Origin: a virus
Taxonomy: Duplodnaviria > Caudoviricetes
Direction: 5' to 3' (one strand)
DNA: 28,052 nt
Virus record (IMG/VR): IMGVR_UViG_3300005573_000242
Location: 1 to 28,052 of that record
In this document: one piece after another, positions 18,089 to 27,407 of the stretch
How the letters are laid out: every line of letters starts with the position of its first letter
How positions within the stretch are numbered: the first letter of the stretch is position 1
Notes under the pieces: generated by a model
Databases searched by the model: none
Told to the model about the DNA's origin: nothing
What the model saw: only the letters and a program-made list of their open reading frames with translations
Program-made: the position numbers and the translations under genes

Positions 18089-19495
18089 CTAATATTCCCT
18101 CCTCTTATAACTTTCATCACCTATACTATACGATGCCGTATATTTTGTTGTTCTATAATAAAAAAAATCTTTTAATTCCAACACACCATTAACATCTGTC
18201 AAACTTATCTTTGGGAAGTAATTATTTATATTATTTTGCTGATGAACCGCATCTAACCATTTCCCTGGCATTTTATTACAATACCCATACACACCCTGAT
18301 ACCCGGTCTCCTCATTTTCCATATAAAACATCATATTTATCCATTCATCTTTACTCCATGTAAAATTAGAAGAACTATTTATCAAATTATCATTTTTATA
18401 AAGTTGACAATACGATGTATTTGATATTTTGTTTAATTTAAACTGATAATACCCACCACCATTTGTATCTTGTAAAATCATTGTTACATTCCTATCCCCC
18501 ACATCTACTGTATATCTCACAGACAGCCCTAAAAGATAATCAGATACCCCATATATACTCGTATATGTTATTCTAACATCATTAGGATTGCTAACATAAA
18601 CAACATTGTTTTCATAATTATATGATAAAGGATTATCAGACTGATATGACCTAAATTTATTCAACATTCCCGTTCCATAATAATAATTTTCATCAAAAAC
18701 TTTCTCAGCCGAATGGAAATACACATTTTTTGTATAATTCCGATTTCCGTATGTCATGATTAAATTCTCATTAACCTTAGCACGCACCCAAACAACATAA
18801 TGAACTCCCCAAAGTGTTTCTACACCATCTACCCAGTAATACAAAGGTTCTTGTGTAGTTGCTGAATAAAATCTCACACTATCATAATTTGATATGTAAA
18901 CCCCTGAATGATATATGTTTGAATGTGCTATATCTAATTTCACAGGAAGATATGATGTCGTTATTCCTTCAGGATATGTTATGTTTATTGCTCTCTGAAA
19001 CACATTCATATCATTATAATAATCACTCATCAAAGAAATTAAATCTACAGCAAATGAAGTTAACACAACATCTATAACCTTTCTATACAACATCACGCTC
19101 TTATCTGATAAATCACTTACAGAAGCAATCTCAATTAAATCCCATCTGAAATCATTATTGAAAAAATCTTTTATTCCATGAACCAAACTCTCTAAAGCAT
19201 TTCTCACAGCATCAAATAAATTATAGAATTGAGTTCGGGTTTCTTGCATATCCCCTGGAGAAACCATCCTCACATCTACAGAAACACGCTCTGTTATCTT
19301 TTTATTCTTTCCACCAAGCGTTATTATCTTCTCTGTAGAATCATGCTTATACACAAGAATAGAAGCTTCTCCTTGCCCTAAATCTACTCTCTTCTGTTCA
19401 TAAATCAACTCTACATTAACAGGAGGATATAGATTAAGTGCTTTAAGATACTCCTTAATAGTCAATGCTCCATCGTATGTTTGTGTTTGCAACAT
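18089..19495 (-). CDS. tail terminator/completion protein fused to DUF2341-like and lectin-like domains
   Basis: The N-terminal ~150 aa sit in the terminator position; then 'QRAINIT...SVRFY...LYYWVD...VWVR...MTYGN' (DUF2341 pattern) and a ConA-like beta-sandwich. Confidence 0.65.
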   Translation of the reverse strand: MLQTQTYDGALTIKEYLKALNLYPPVNVELIYEQKRVDLGQGEASILVYKHDSTEKIITLGGKNKKITERVSVDVRMVSPGDMQETRTQFYNLFDAVRNALESLVHGIKDFFNNDFRWDLIEIASVSDLSDKSVMLYRKVIDVVLTSFAVDLISLMSDYYNDMNVFQRAINITYPEGITTSYLPVKLDIAHSNIYHSGVYISNYDSVRFYSATTQEPLYYWVDGVETLWGVHYVVWVRAKVNENLIMTYGNRNYTKNVYFHSAEKVFDENYYYGTGMLNKFRSYQSDNPLSYNYENNVVYVSNPNDVRITYTSIYGVSDYLLGLSVRYTVDVGDRNVTMILQDTNGGGYYQFKLNKISNTSYCQLYKNDNLINSSSNFTWSKDEWINMMFYMENEETGYQGVYGYCNKMPGKWLDAVHQQNNINNYFPKISLTDVNGVLELKDFFYYRTTKYTASYSIGDESYKRREY

Positions 19496-19548
19496 TCTAT
19501 CAACCCTCCTTTATTTTCACTCACTTACTTACTCAGTAGTGAGGGTTT

Positions 19549-20202
19549 TTAGAACTTCGTCACACCGATTACTCTAAATTCTCTATATCTTTCTACTATC
19601 TTTTCATATTCTTCTATCCAATGCTCTAACTTATCTTTATACTGTAAATTCGAAGTGCCTTCTGGAAGAAGAACACTCCTATCTTCTCCACTAAGCACTA
19701 ATGAAGCAACCTTATATATACACGCCTGTTTTATATCTTCAGGTATTGGAACTATTCCATAATGATACAAAACTCTAACTGCAAAAGGTCTTCTCAACCA
19801 TACAAAATTCCTTAAAAATAATATCCCTAATTGATAATTTACCCACCAATCCCCATTTCTCCCTTCTGTCCTATTATTCAACCAATCCTCATAATCAGAA
19901 CCATTATATACCTCTATTGCATCCCCACCATCACCTGAAAGGAATACTATAGGGCGTCTATATAAATAAATAGGAACACCTGTTAACCAATAATACGCAA
20001 ATTCTATGTTGTGATATTCATAATCAGGTATCTGTGGTAAATCAATAGGTGTATCTGCAAATGCAGTCCCCGTTATTCGATTTATTTCAGCAGATACTCT
20101 GTTTATTAAATTCTGAATATGTGTAGAACTAGGTTTACTTGAAGAAGAAAAAGAAAAAGAAAGGAAATCTGAAACATCATCTACTGAACAATATCCCACC
20201 AT
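19549..20202 (-). CDS. head-tail adaptor (gp6/gp15-like)
   Basis: 'YCSVDDV...I.R.TG' N-terminus and 'YHYG..PIPEDIKQAC' are typical adaptor motifs. Confidence 0.8.
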   Translation of the reverse strand: MVGYCSVDDVSDFLSFSFSSSSKPSSTHIQNLINRVSAEINRITGTAFADTPIDLPQIPDYEYHNIEFAYYWLTGVPIYLYRRPIVFLSGDGGDAIEVYNGSDYEDWLNNRTEGRNGDWWVNYQLGILFLRNFVWLRRPFAVRVLYHYGIVPIPEDIKQACIYKVASLVLSGEDRSVLLPEGTSNLQYKDKLEHWIEEYEKIVERYREFRVIGVTKF

Positions 20203-20203
20203 T

Positions 20204-20545
20204 TTAATACCCAAATATCAGTATATCAAATGTTTCACTTGCTATAGATGTATTGTTAGTTACTTCTCCGAACACCCCTCCAGTCCCATTCCACTTATCA
20301 AACAAAAGGAGTTTCTTATTTGTTGCGTCAAACAAACTAAAGCAGTTCCCTAAAGAAGTTCCCAGAAGTATTGCACCCAGGGGAGTAGATATATTTATGT
20401 TTGTAAAATACGAAGAAAGGGATACCCCTCCTGTTGTATATACATCACCTGTTTCTCCCGTCAGTCTTATCACTGCCATTTTTAGTTTGTTCTGCGTATG
20501 CTTCAGCAAATCAGAACCTCTTGTTAGTTTAGTCATTGTTACCAT
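20204..20545 (-). CDS. probable head decoration / minor structural protein
   Basis: Directly after the MCP; GGAGGTG RBS; 'YTTGG' motif, beta-rich. Confidence 0.5.
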   Translation of the reverse strand: MVTMTKLTRGSDLLKHTQNKLKMAVIRLTGETGDVYTTGGVSLSSYFTNINISTPLGAILLGTSLGNCFSLFDATNKKLLLFDKWNGTGGVFGEVTNNTSIASETFDILIFGY

Positions 20546-20562
20546 TCACGCACACCTCCTAT

Positions 20563-21750
20563 TTAGGTTGCTTTTATTATCTTCCCCTGTGCTTTACAGA
20601 AAGTAGATACATTGTTTGCCATCATCCAATACATACCCTTATCTGCATACTTCCCGATAGCAAACGGATTACCTGTAGATACACCTGCTTCATTATACTG
20701 AACAGGCTTAGCAACCCATACTCCTAGTCTTGGATACTCAAAGCCCTCAGGATTTGATGTATCAAGCAGGTATATGTTCTCAAGATAACCCCCGCTTCTC
20801 CCTGTTACATCCTTTGATACAATCACAGGTATTCCATAAAGCGTGGATATAGAGAACCCAGCATCATGTCCCTCAGGTGTGGCAATACCATTCACAGACA
20901 TCTTTACTTTCTTCTCTCCCAGAACATTATACCTTACTTCCGAGGAATACATCTTCTGAACTTTTGCGTAGGCTTCATATCCCATAACCCACAGTGTAGG
21001 ATTTGCACCGTTCTTTCTTACCTTCTTAATAAGGTCTATGATATCATCATCTATGAGTTCAGCTCCTGCCTTATCAATCACATTTGAGTTAAGCCATGTT
21101 GCTGTGCTTCTATCAAACCCATAAAGATACCTATGATTATTATCAGCCTCAACTGTATAATCTCCCACAATCAAATCAAGTGGATATGGTGAAATCGGCG
21201 AAGACACACTATTCCCTGAAATATTCGCCCAATCTGAAGCCTGCATACCGAGTATCTTATTTGTAACCTCAGCCTGCTCTATAGCATACTGCATCCTAAG
21301 ATGAGCAAGCCCCGCTATAGCGTCATCATGTCCCTGTCTTGCGAGATACTCCAACTGTGCTGAAATCTCAAAAACAACAGAAACAATCTGTGGAGTAAGG
21401 CTTACCTGCTCCCAAGACATTGTTTTTGCATCAGGTATAGTCATTCCTGAATCAATTCCTACTATGGTGTTATAGAAATCTGAACGATTTGTCAGAGCCC
21501 TAAAACCAGAATGTATCCAAGCAACCTTAGGAAGTGCACCAAATATATTTACATCACGGTTAAACTGAGCCCATGCATTCGCACCATATATCCTATTCCA
21601 CAAACCCGTTGTTCCTATCCCATGAATAGCGTCTGTCTTCATGAAATAAGTAGGGTCAAACCTATCTGAACTAAACGCATCTACCTGCACACCACCATAA
21701 TAATACCTTTCCATATCAAATATCGTCTTAAGAATCGGTCCCTCACTCAT
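20563..21750 (-). CDS. major capsid protein (HK97 fold)
   Basis: Follows protease/scaffold with a TAATG overlap; 395 aa; 'STLYGIPVIVSKDV' and 'YLLDTS' are HK97-MCP-like. Confidence 0.88.
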   Translation of the reverse strand: MSEGPILKTIFDMERYYYGGVQVDAFSSDRFDPTYFMKTDAIHGIGTTGLWNRIYGANAWAQFNRDVNIFGALPKVAWIHSGFRALTNRSDFYNTIVGIDSGMTIPDAKTMSWEQVSLTPQIVSVVFEISAQLEYLARQGHDDAIAGLAHLRMQYAIEQAEVTNKILGMQASDWANISGNSVSSPISPYPLDLIVGDYTVEADNNHRYLYGFDRSTATWLNSNVIDKAGAELIDDDIIDLIKKVRKNGANPTLWVMGYEAYAKVQKMYSSEVRYNVLGEKKVKMSVNGIATPEGHDAGFSISTLYGIPVIVSKDVTGRSGGYLENIYLLDTSNPEGFEYPRLGVWVAKPVQYNEAGVSTGNPFAIGKYADKGMYWMMANNVSTFCKAQGKIIKAT

Positions 21751-22757
21751 TAGAAATCACCTCCCCTTACCTGCTGTGTATATTCCACTCTTGCCATCGT
21801 TATCAAATCATTTATAGAAGGATTTACCTCCCCCCTTGCTATCATCATTCCCAAATCTACTTTCCCCTTTCTCACATCAGCCGTCGGTCTTGGCGTCTGA
21901 ACTACTTTATACCCTTCCTCCTTCTTCACCTGTTCTGCTATCATCTTCAGAACTTCCTCCCTCGTTATATCTTCTTTCTTAACACTCTCTTTCACTTCTT
22001 TCTCTGGTTCTTTATCCTTTTTATCTTCCTCTCCTTCTTCCTCTTCTATATCCTTATACTCAATCAAAGCCTGAATAAGTTTATCCATCTTCTGATTGAG
22101 TGCAGATATACTATCCACAAGTTTCTCCATATTTGTTGGCTCTACTTTCTCTTTCTTCTCATCTTCCTTTGGCTTCTCAGCCACATTCTCTTTTGGCTTC
22201 TCTTCTATTTTCTCATCCTTCCCTTCCATATTCTTCCTCTCCTCCACAACTTCTACTTCAACATCTTTTGCTTTCTTTTTCTCAACCTCCATAGACTTAG
22301 CAGTTGACAAAGAAACTATATTCGCTTCAGGGTTTGCAGGCTGAGAGGTTATAGATATTTCATAGAGTTCATCTATATCCAATTCCCTCCCTGATTTCCC
22401 CTCAATATCTTTCCTCTCAACCATCGCCCCTACTCTCTTCTTCCCACCTATTGATAATCCTTTTATCCTACCTTCTTTCATCCCTTTCCATATTTCATCA
22501 TCCAATTGATAATGGTCAAAAATCTTCCCTGTTATCATCACACCAGGCTTTCCATCTTTCTCCTTAAACTCATAACTCAAAATCTTCCCAACAGGTCTGT
22601 TTGTATGACTATCAAGTATAGGTCCCCCTCTATCCATCAAAAGAGGCATCAATTTTTTTATGGTATCTACTGGTATAATCTCTCCTTGTTTATCTACAGT
22701 TTCTACAGTCGCCCACGCTTTAAACAACCGTTCTTTATCATTCTCTATCTCTATCAT
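21750..22757 (-). CDS. HK97-family prohead protease with C-terminal scaffolding region
   Basis: 'VDKQGEII', His in 'DSHTNRPVG', Ser in 'GLSIGG', 'EISITSQPANPEA'; E/K-rich coiled-coil C-terminus. Confidence 0.9.
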   Translation of the reverse strand: MIEIENDKERLFKAWATVETVDKQGEIIPVDTIKKLMPLLMDRGGPILDSHTNRPVGKILSYEFKEKDGKPGVMITGKIFDHYQLDDEIWKGMKEGRIKGLSIGGKKRVGAMVERKDIEGKSGRELDIDELYEISITSQPANPEANIVSLSTAKSMEVEKKKAKDVEVEVVEERKNMEGKDEKIEEKPKENVAEKPKEDEKKEKVEPTNMEKLVDSISALNQKMDKLIQALIEYKDIEEEEGEEDKKDKEPEKEVKESVKKEDITREEVLKMIAEQVKKEEGYKVVQTPRPTADVRKGKVDLGMMIARGEVNPSINDLITMARVEYTQQVRGGDF

Positions 22758-22759
22758 GT

Positions 22760-23149
22760 TTACAGAACCCCCATAGCAAGATAGAAAGCAACACTAACAT
22801 CACAAGTCCCACTTGAAGAAGCACCTGTTATACAAATATATTTATATCTTCCATTCCAAATAACATACTGTTTTGACCCTGCCATTATTGTAATATCATC
22901 TCCTACCTGATACCAATCATTAGGAGAAGTAAGAGGATCTGAAGGATGCTCTTTATTCGATTGCCAAAGTTTTATAGTAACTGAACTTGAACCTGCATTA
23001 TAAAAATTTATAGAACCATATACTCCATGAACTTCAGCAGGAGTCAAGACAATAGATGAAGAAGTAGTTAAAGAAACAGTCCCTTCCCCTACAAACTCCT
23101 TATGTGTAATAGTCTGAACTCTCTTCCATGTCCCCGTCAACGCTACCAT
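22760..23149 (-). CDS. hypothetical beta-sandwich protein (probably virion-associated)
   Basis: S/T/G/V-rich, beta-strand pattern; first gene behind the TATA at 23181. Confidence 0.55.
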   Translation of the reverse strand: MVALTGTWKRVQTITHKEFVGEGTVSLTTSSSIVLTPAEVHGVYGSINFYNAGSSSVTIKLWQSNKEHPSDPLTSPNDWYQVGDDITIMAGSKQYVIWNGRYKYICITGASSSGTCDVSVAFYLAMGVL

Positions 23150-23180
23150 TTATACCCATATCTTTTATTTATCTATCTTT

Positions 23181-23196
23181 TTATATAAACTTCTCT
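23181..23196 (-). promoter_or_regulatory. archaeal BRE/TATA promoter for the capsid-tail operon
   Basis: Minus strand AGAGAAG-TTTATATAA about 32 nt upstream of ATG 23149, in an intergenic gap. Confidence 0.6.
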
Positions 23197-23230
23197 GAAA
23201 AACATATATATACTACTACAACGCCAAAAA

Positions 23231-23698
23231 TTATTCATGATACTTATCTTTAGCGTATATTATCATTTTCGCTAATGCAATAAGAATATAGGGTTGAGGC
23301 AAAACACCCTTTTTTTCTATAGACTTTTTTATTTTTATTGTGGCTTCTCTAAGTTTTTTCTTACCCCGTATCCTGAACTTCCTCTTCGCCCATTCTTCTA
23401 TTGCTTTGTAAGGAACATAATGAGGTCCTGAACCAAATTCTACTGCCCCTGAATATTTTGCTCCGTATATTACTTCCTGCTCACAACCGTTCTCTATAGG
23501 CTTTATTTCAGGGTTTTTCTTTATCATTTGTGCTAATTTACCTGTGTTAGCAATAGGGTATTTGTGATTGTAATATTTGAGTGTAGCAATATTTTCTCTT
23601 GAATAAAGAACTATCTTATCACATAAATCATTAGAAATCCCTTTGAACGCTCTATCCAATCCTTTTATTTCTACTTCATAGCAAATAATCATACTCAT
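23231..23698 (-). CDS. HK97 gp10-like / neck (tail completion) protein
   Basis: 'TGKL..I', 'YSGAVEFGSGPH' and 'PQPYI' motifs. Confidence 0.75.
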   Translation of the reverse strand: MSMIICYEVEIKGLDRAFKGISNDLCDKIVLYSRENIATLKYYNHKYPIANTGKLAQMIKKNPEIKPIENGCEQEVIYGAKYSGAVEFGSGPHYVPYKAIEEWAKRKFRIRGKKKLREATIKIKKSIEKKGVLPQPYILIALAKMIIYAKDKYHE

Positions 23699-24954
23699 AT
23701 TTTTACTCCCTCAAAAGGATTTTTCTCTCCTATATCTATCCTATATTGCTTCTTAGGAAGAATTATTTCTTCTGCTCTCTTATAAACTTCTTTCCTTACC
23801 TCTTCTAATCCATCCCCCACACCACAGACAGAACAAACATATCCTAATACACCCCCTGTTATCCATTCCTCATCTTTATATTCCAAATCATGAGGATAGA
23901 ACCCCTCTTTAGGTGTTTTCAATAAAGGTAAGCCTTTTCCAACAGACAAATATAAATCAGGTGAACTATTAGGGTATGGAGGCACTGTAATAAGAACACC
24001 CATAGCCCACAATTCTTTTATATTCATTTTGTCATACTTCATCCAATCTAACGCTTTATACCCGTTTTTCTTAAAAACTTCTATTTCTATAGACTGTGAA
24101 TTATAACCAAATCTCGGCGTGAACTCTAAAAACCAGTAATTCCCCTTACTATCCAAGATACCATTCACATTAAAGACACCTACATACTTCGCTTTCTTTA
24201 AATCATCTTCTAATTTATAAAGTGTTTTCTTAAAAAATTTAGTTGGCTTAGGTATCCAATATTGAACTTCACCTTCCTGTCCTGTATTAACAGACAAATC
24301 CCCAGCCAACCATCGTTTATACTCTCTATCTATGTAATATGGCATAATGAAACATTCACCATTGAAGAAACCTGTTATCCCTAACTCTATTCCTTCTATA
24401 TATTCCTGAAGCACAAAATCTACTTTTCCATATTCAGGTTTCCAATGATTTGAATAAAAATCAAACATTTTTAGCAAATCTTTATTATCATCCATCTCTG
24501 AAATATACAGTAAATCCTTTATATTCCCAGCCACACCATTAAATTTAATTACCCATCTCTTACCTGCTCCTTCTTTACTATCCAGAAACTCCTTCCCTTC
24601 TTCAAAAGAACTAAAACTCTTAACTTCTGGAATAGATACATCCATCTTCTTTGCTATTTCAGTTCCAAATTCCCTGTCTGTTTCTAATTTATCACAGAAA
24701 GATGATGCCCCCACTACCCAATACCCTTCTTCTTTTAATTCATCTGCTCTTGTTCCAAAACCCGTATCTTCAAAGATTATACAATCCACATCATCTTTTA
24801 TTTCTTCCCAGTCTTCAATTATGTTTACATATCCTTTAAGAATATCGCTTGCTTCTTCCTTCTGCTTATAAAAATAAACATCGTTCCCTTCATTCTTTAA
24901 AGCATATGCCAACGCACTTGATAACCCATCCTTACCTACTATTATATACTTCAT
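23695..24954 (-). CDS. PurD-like ATP-grasp ligase (divergent active site)
   Basis: Colinear with PurD over its whole length: 'KLETDREFG', 'VIKFNG', 'QEYIEGIE', 'YKRWLAGDLSVNTGQEG', 'LEFTPRFG', 'YRIDIG'; ATGA-coupled at both ends. Confidence 0.85.
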   Translation of the reverse strand: MKYIIVGKDGLSSALAYALKNEGNDVYFYKQKEEASDILKGYVNIIEDWEEIKDDVDCIIFEDTGFGTRADELKEEGYWVVGASSFCDKLETDREFGTEIAKKMDVSIPEVKSFSSFEEGKEFLDSKEGAGKRWVIKFNGVAGNIKDLLYISEMDDNKDLLKMFDFYSNHWKPEYGKVDFVLQEYIEGIELGITGFFNGECFIMPYYIDREYKRWLAGDLSVNTGQEGEVQYWIPKPTKFFKKTLYKLEDDLKKAKYVGVFNVNGILDSKGNYWFLEFTPRFGYNSQSIEIEVFKKNGYKALDWMKYDKMNIKELWAMGVLITVPPYPNSSPDLYLSVGKGLPLLKTPKEGFYPHDLEYKDEEWITGGVLGYVCSVCGVGDGLEEVRKEVYKRAEEIILPKKQYRIDIGEKNPFEGVKI

Positions 24955-25193
24955 TTTTCTACACCCCACCTTCTTTGACTTATCTTCTTTATATTATACC
25001 GCTTTCCTTTTCTCGACAACCATATTCCTACTTTTTTCTTGTATTCTACACCAATTCCCAATACCCTCAAGATACAATTTAAAGTAGCCCCCTGTGGTTT
25101 ATTCTTAAGATACCCTGATAAAAACTGAAGTTCTTCTTCTCTAAATATTATGCTCGTGTTAACGCCCTCCTGCAATTCGGATGTGGACACCAT
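24951..25193 (-). CDS. small basic wHTH-like protein
   Basis: 80 aa; overlaps the portal end and the ATP-grasp start; 'GATLNCILRVLGI...' helix pattern with a basic C-terminus. Confidence 0.5.
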   Translation of the reverse strand: MVSTSELQEGVNTSIIFREEELQFLSGYLKNKPQGATLNCILRVLGIGVEYKKKVGIWLSRKGKRYNIKKISQRRWGVEK

Positions 25194-27280
25194 TCTCTAT
25201 ATTTCAGATTCGGAAAGTATTTCTTACTCGTCTCTTCTACTATCTTTCGCATCTCTTTAAGTGGAACTCCATCTCCTACTCTCGCTTCTATCTCTTTACA
25301 ACATTCTGTAGTCCTATCATCGTTCACCCCCACCCATTTATAAAGAAACTTATCTTCTTCCGGGTCATCTATCTTATAGATTGCTTCATCCATCGCATTT
25401 AACAATGCCGTTCCTTCTGTCCTTGCAATAGTCTCCGCTTGAAAATCAGATATATCAGGAACTATTTCTTTTATCTTCTCTTTAAGTGTGTAAGCATCCA
25501 TTCCCGTTTTTATAGCATCAAGAACCGTTTTCTGTATTTGTTTCGACTTATGCCAATCTATTCCTTCAAACCGATGTTTCCAGATTCTTTCTTTCATTCT
25601 TTTTAGAATCTCAGGCGTAGTATATACAAAAGGATATTTTTGCTTTCTCACTTCATAAACATCCGCTATACTTTTATTAAACATCTCTTCTTCTTCTTTC
25701 TCTAAAAACTCACCATCACCCAAAGACCGCCGAACATCTATCGGAGCACCTGAGAACACACCATATCCATGAAGATGTGCAGGCTCACCCACAAACCTCT
25801 GTATCCCTATTTTAGGATCGTAAACTCCTGCTGGAAATCCCAACCCCGAAGGTATCACTTTCTCTTCTTTGCTTTCTTTTTTGTTTTGTGTAACCTTTAT
25901 ATCTCCGTTCTCCGCTAACTCAACATCAAATCCCAACTGCATATACATTAATGCGTTTTTAAGTTTTAAAGCCTCTATTTCATATTTGACCATCTCATCC
26001 CTAAACTCAACAGGATTTAACTTAAGACTCCAATCCTTTATACCCAGATTCTGACAAATAAACGGGAATATCTTTGAATTGTATATCTGCTGTCCCATCT
26101 GTATCGCTCTTGTCGTCACCACAACCTGAAGCCCTTCATTATTCATTCCCCCTTTTTGTGTCTCACCTACAAAAAGAGGCATAACCCCATACACAGCACC
26201 TATAGTCCTTCTGAACTCATCCCTCGCTTGTATGAACTCCATGTCTTTCAGATTATGCATGAAATCTATGAACTCCGCTATCTTTTTCCCTGAAGGATTG
26301 TCTATCGCTAATGGCGGGATAATATGCGGATTGTTAAAAAACATATCTAACATCTTTTGCCACGCTTTCTCAAAACTATCCGGGTTCGCTGTGTTCACAA
26401 ACAGAAGCCCTTTTGGTGGTCTCCCTCTCATGTAATAATCTTTTATGAAAGCATCCTGATACAAAAGTGATACTACTTTCATCCAACACGCATTTATAGG
26501 CGAAAAACCATATGTTAATGAAGGTCTGTATTTAGATACGTGACAGACCTCATCCCCTGAATAATATATCTTATTTAACCTCGCATCGCTCGAAGAAAAA
26601 TACGCAGACTTTAAGACAACCCCACATATAGGACATGTATCCCTGTCTTTTTGTAATTGCCCCCTGTGCTGAACACAAAACTTTAAAGACTTACCCTCAT
26701 CATCTTTCCCCGGCTCCCCCGCATTGTTCGCTATTATCTTCATTATCTCCGGCGATATTCGCACCCATTCATCTACTTTCTCACTGATAATCTCCCCTTC
26801 ATCAGAAACCTTATATACCTTCTTACAAAAAAGATACGCATCATCAAACACATTCATATCATCTTCTATCCCTCGTAATATATCTATTAAATCCTCTCCA
26901 TTCTTATTCACAGACCAGAACTCATCTAATAAATCTTCTAAAATCTTTCTCTCTGTTATGTTCGGAGGTATCACTTCCCCACCACAATATGAACATTTCT
27001 CCACTTCTACTTTGAACTTCGCATGACAGTTTATACACTTCCTTACAAACCTCGACTCTACCCCTATCCCACTCCTGAACATCTCTACATGCAACGCATT
27101 TATTATCGTCGATAACACATCACTCGTTCTCGATAACTCCCTCAACTGCTGTGCCGAAAACGGCGATGTCGGTATCTTCTCCACATCCCCTACTCTCTGC
27201 CCTAACGGTAAAACAGGTCTTATCCCCTCTATCTCTCTCTCTTCCGACTTCCTAAATATCTTCTTTATAAACTCAAACAT
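25148..27280 (-). CDS. portal protein with Zn-ribbon insertions, fused to a C-terminal MuF (SPP1 gp7-like) domain
   Basis: Portal motifs 'YGFSPI', 'GRPPKGLL', 'DMEF....R..I...YGV.P..VG'; CxxC pairs; MuF 'AETIARTE', 'YKW...DDRT...C', 'PHPNCRR'. Confidence 0.88.
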   Translation of the reverse strand: MFEFIKKIFRKSEEREIEGIRPVLPLGQRVGDVEKIPTSPFSAQQLRELSRTSDVLSTIINALHVEMFRSGIGVESRFVRKCINCHAKFKVEVEKCSYCGGEVIPPNITERKILEDLLDEFWSVNKNGEDLIDILRGIEDDMNVFDDAYLFCKKVYKVSDEGEIISEKVDEWVRISPEIMKIIANNAGEPGKDDEGKSLKFCVQHRGQLQKDRDTCPICGVVLKSAYFSSSDARLNKIYYSGDEVCHVSKYRPSLTYGFSPINACWMKVVSLLYQDAFIKDYYMRGRPPKGLLFVNTANPDSFEKAWQKMLDMFFNNPHIIPPLAIDNPSGKKIAEFIDFMHNLKDMEFIQARDEFRRTIGAVYGVMPLFVGETQKGGMNNEGLQVVVTTRAIQMGQQIYNSKIFPFICQNLGIKDWSLKLNPVEFRDEMVKYEIEALKLKNALMYMQLGFDVELAENGDIKVTQNKKESKEEKVIPSGLGFPAGVYDPKIGIQRFVGEPAHLHGYGVFSGAPIDVRRSLGDGEFLEKEEEEMFNKSIADVYEVRKQKYPFVYTTPEILKRMKERIWKHRFEGIDWHKSKQIQKTVLDAIKTGMDAYTLKEKIKEIVPDISDFQAETIARTEGTALLNAMDEAIYKIDDPEEDKFLYKWVGVNDDRTTECCKEIEARVGDGVPLKEMRKIVEETSKKYFPNLKYREWCPHPNCRRALTRA

Positions 27281-27283
27281 GTT

Positions 27284-27330
27284 TATTACCGGAGGTAATA
27301 TTCTACTCCCACCTTTATATATTTTTTCTC
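27284..27330 (-). promoter_or_regulatory. BRE/TATA promoter of the portal operon with a downstream inverted repeat
   Basis: Minus strand GAGAAAAA-ATATATAAAG about 33 nt upstream of ATG 27280; TATTACC-n3-GGTAATA at 27284-27300. Confidence 0.55.
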
Positions 27331-27407
27331 CCCACCCCCCTTCCTTCTTCTCTCTCTTCCCTTCCCTTTATATCCTATCCTTTCTTTTTTATTTTCTATC
27401 CCCATCA

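Noticed and set aside
23695-24954. Calling the gene purD (purine biosynthesis auxiliary gene)
   Set aside because: The PurD substrate-binding motifs are substituted, no other pur genes are present, and the context is head morphogenesis, so the symbol is withheld.
178-27026. Many short ORFs antisense to or nested in the main genes (for example 178..576-, 910..1224-, 7160..7579-, 14203..14550+, 22096..22344+, 26724..27026+)
   Set aside because: They are shadows of well-supported genes, with F/S/I-rich composition and no RBS or motifs.
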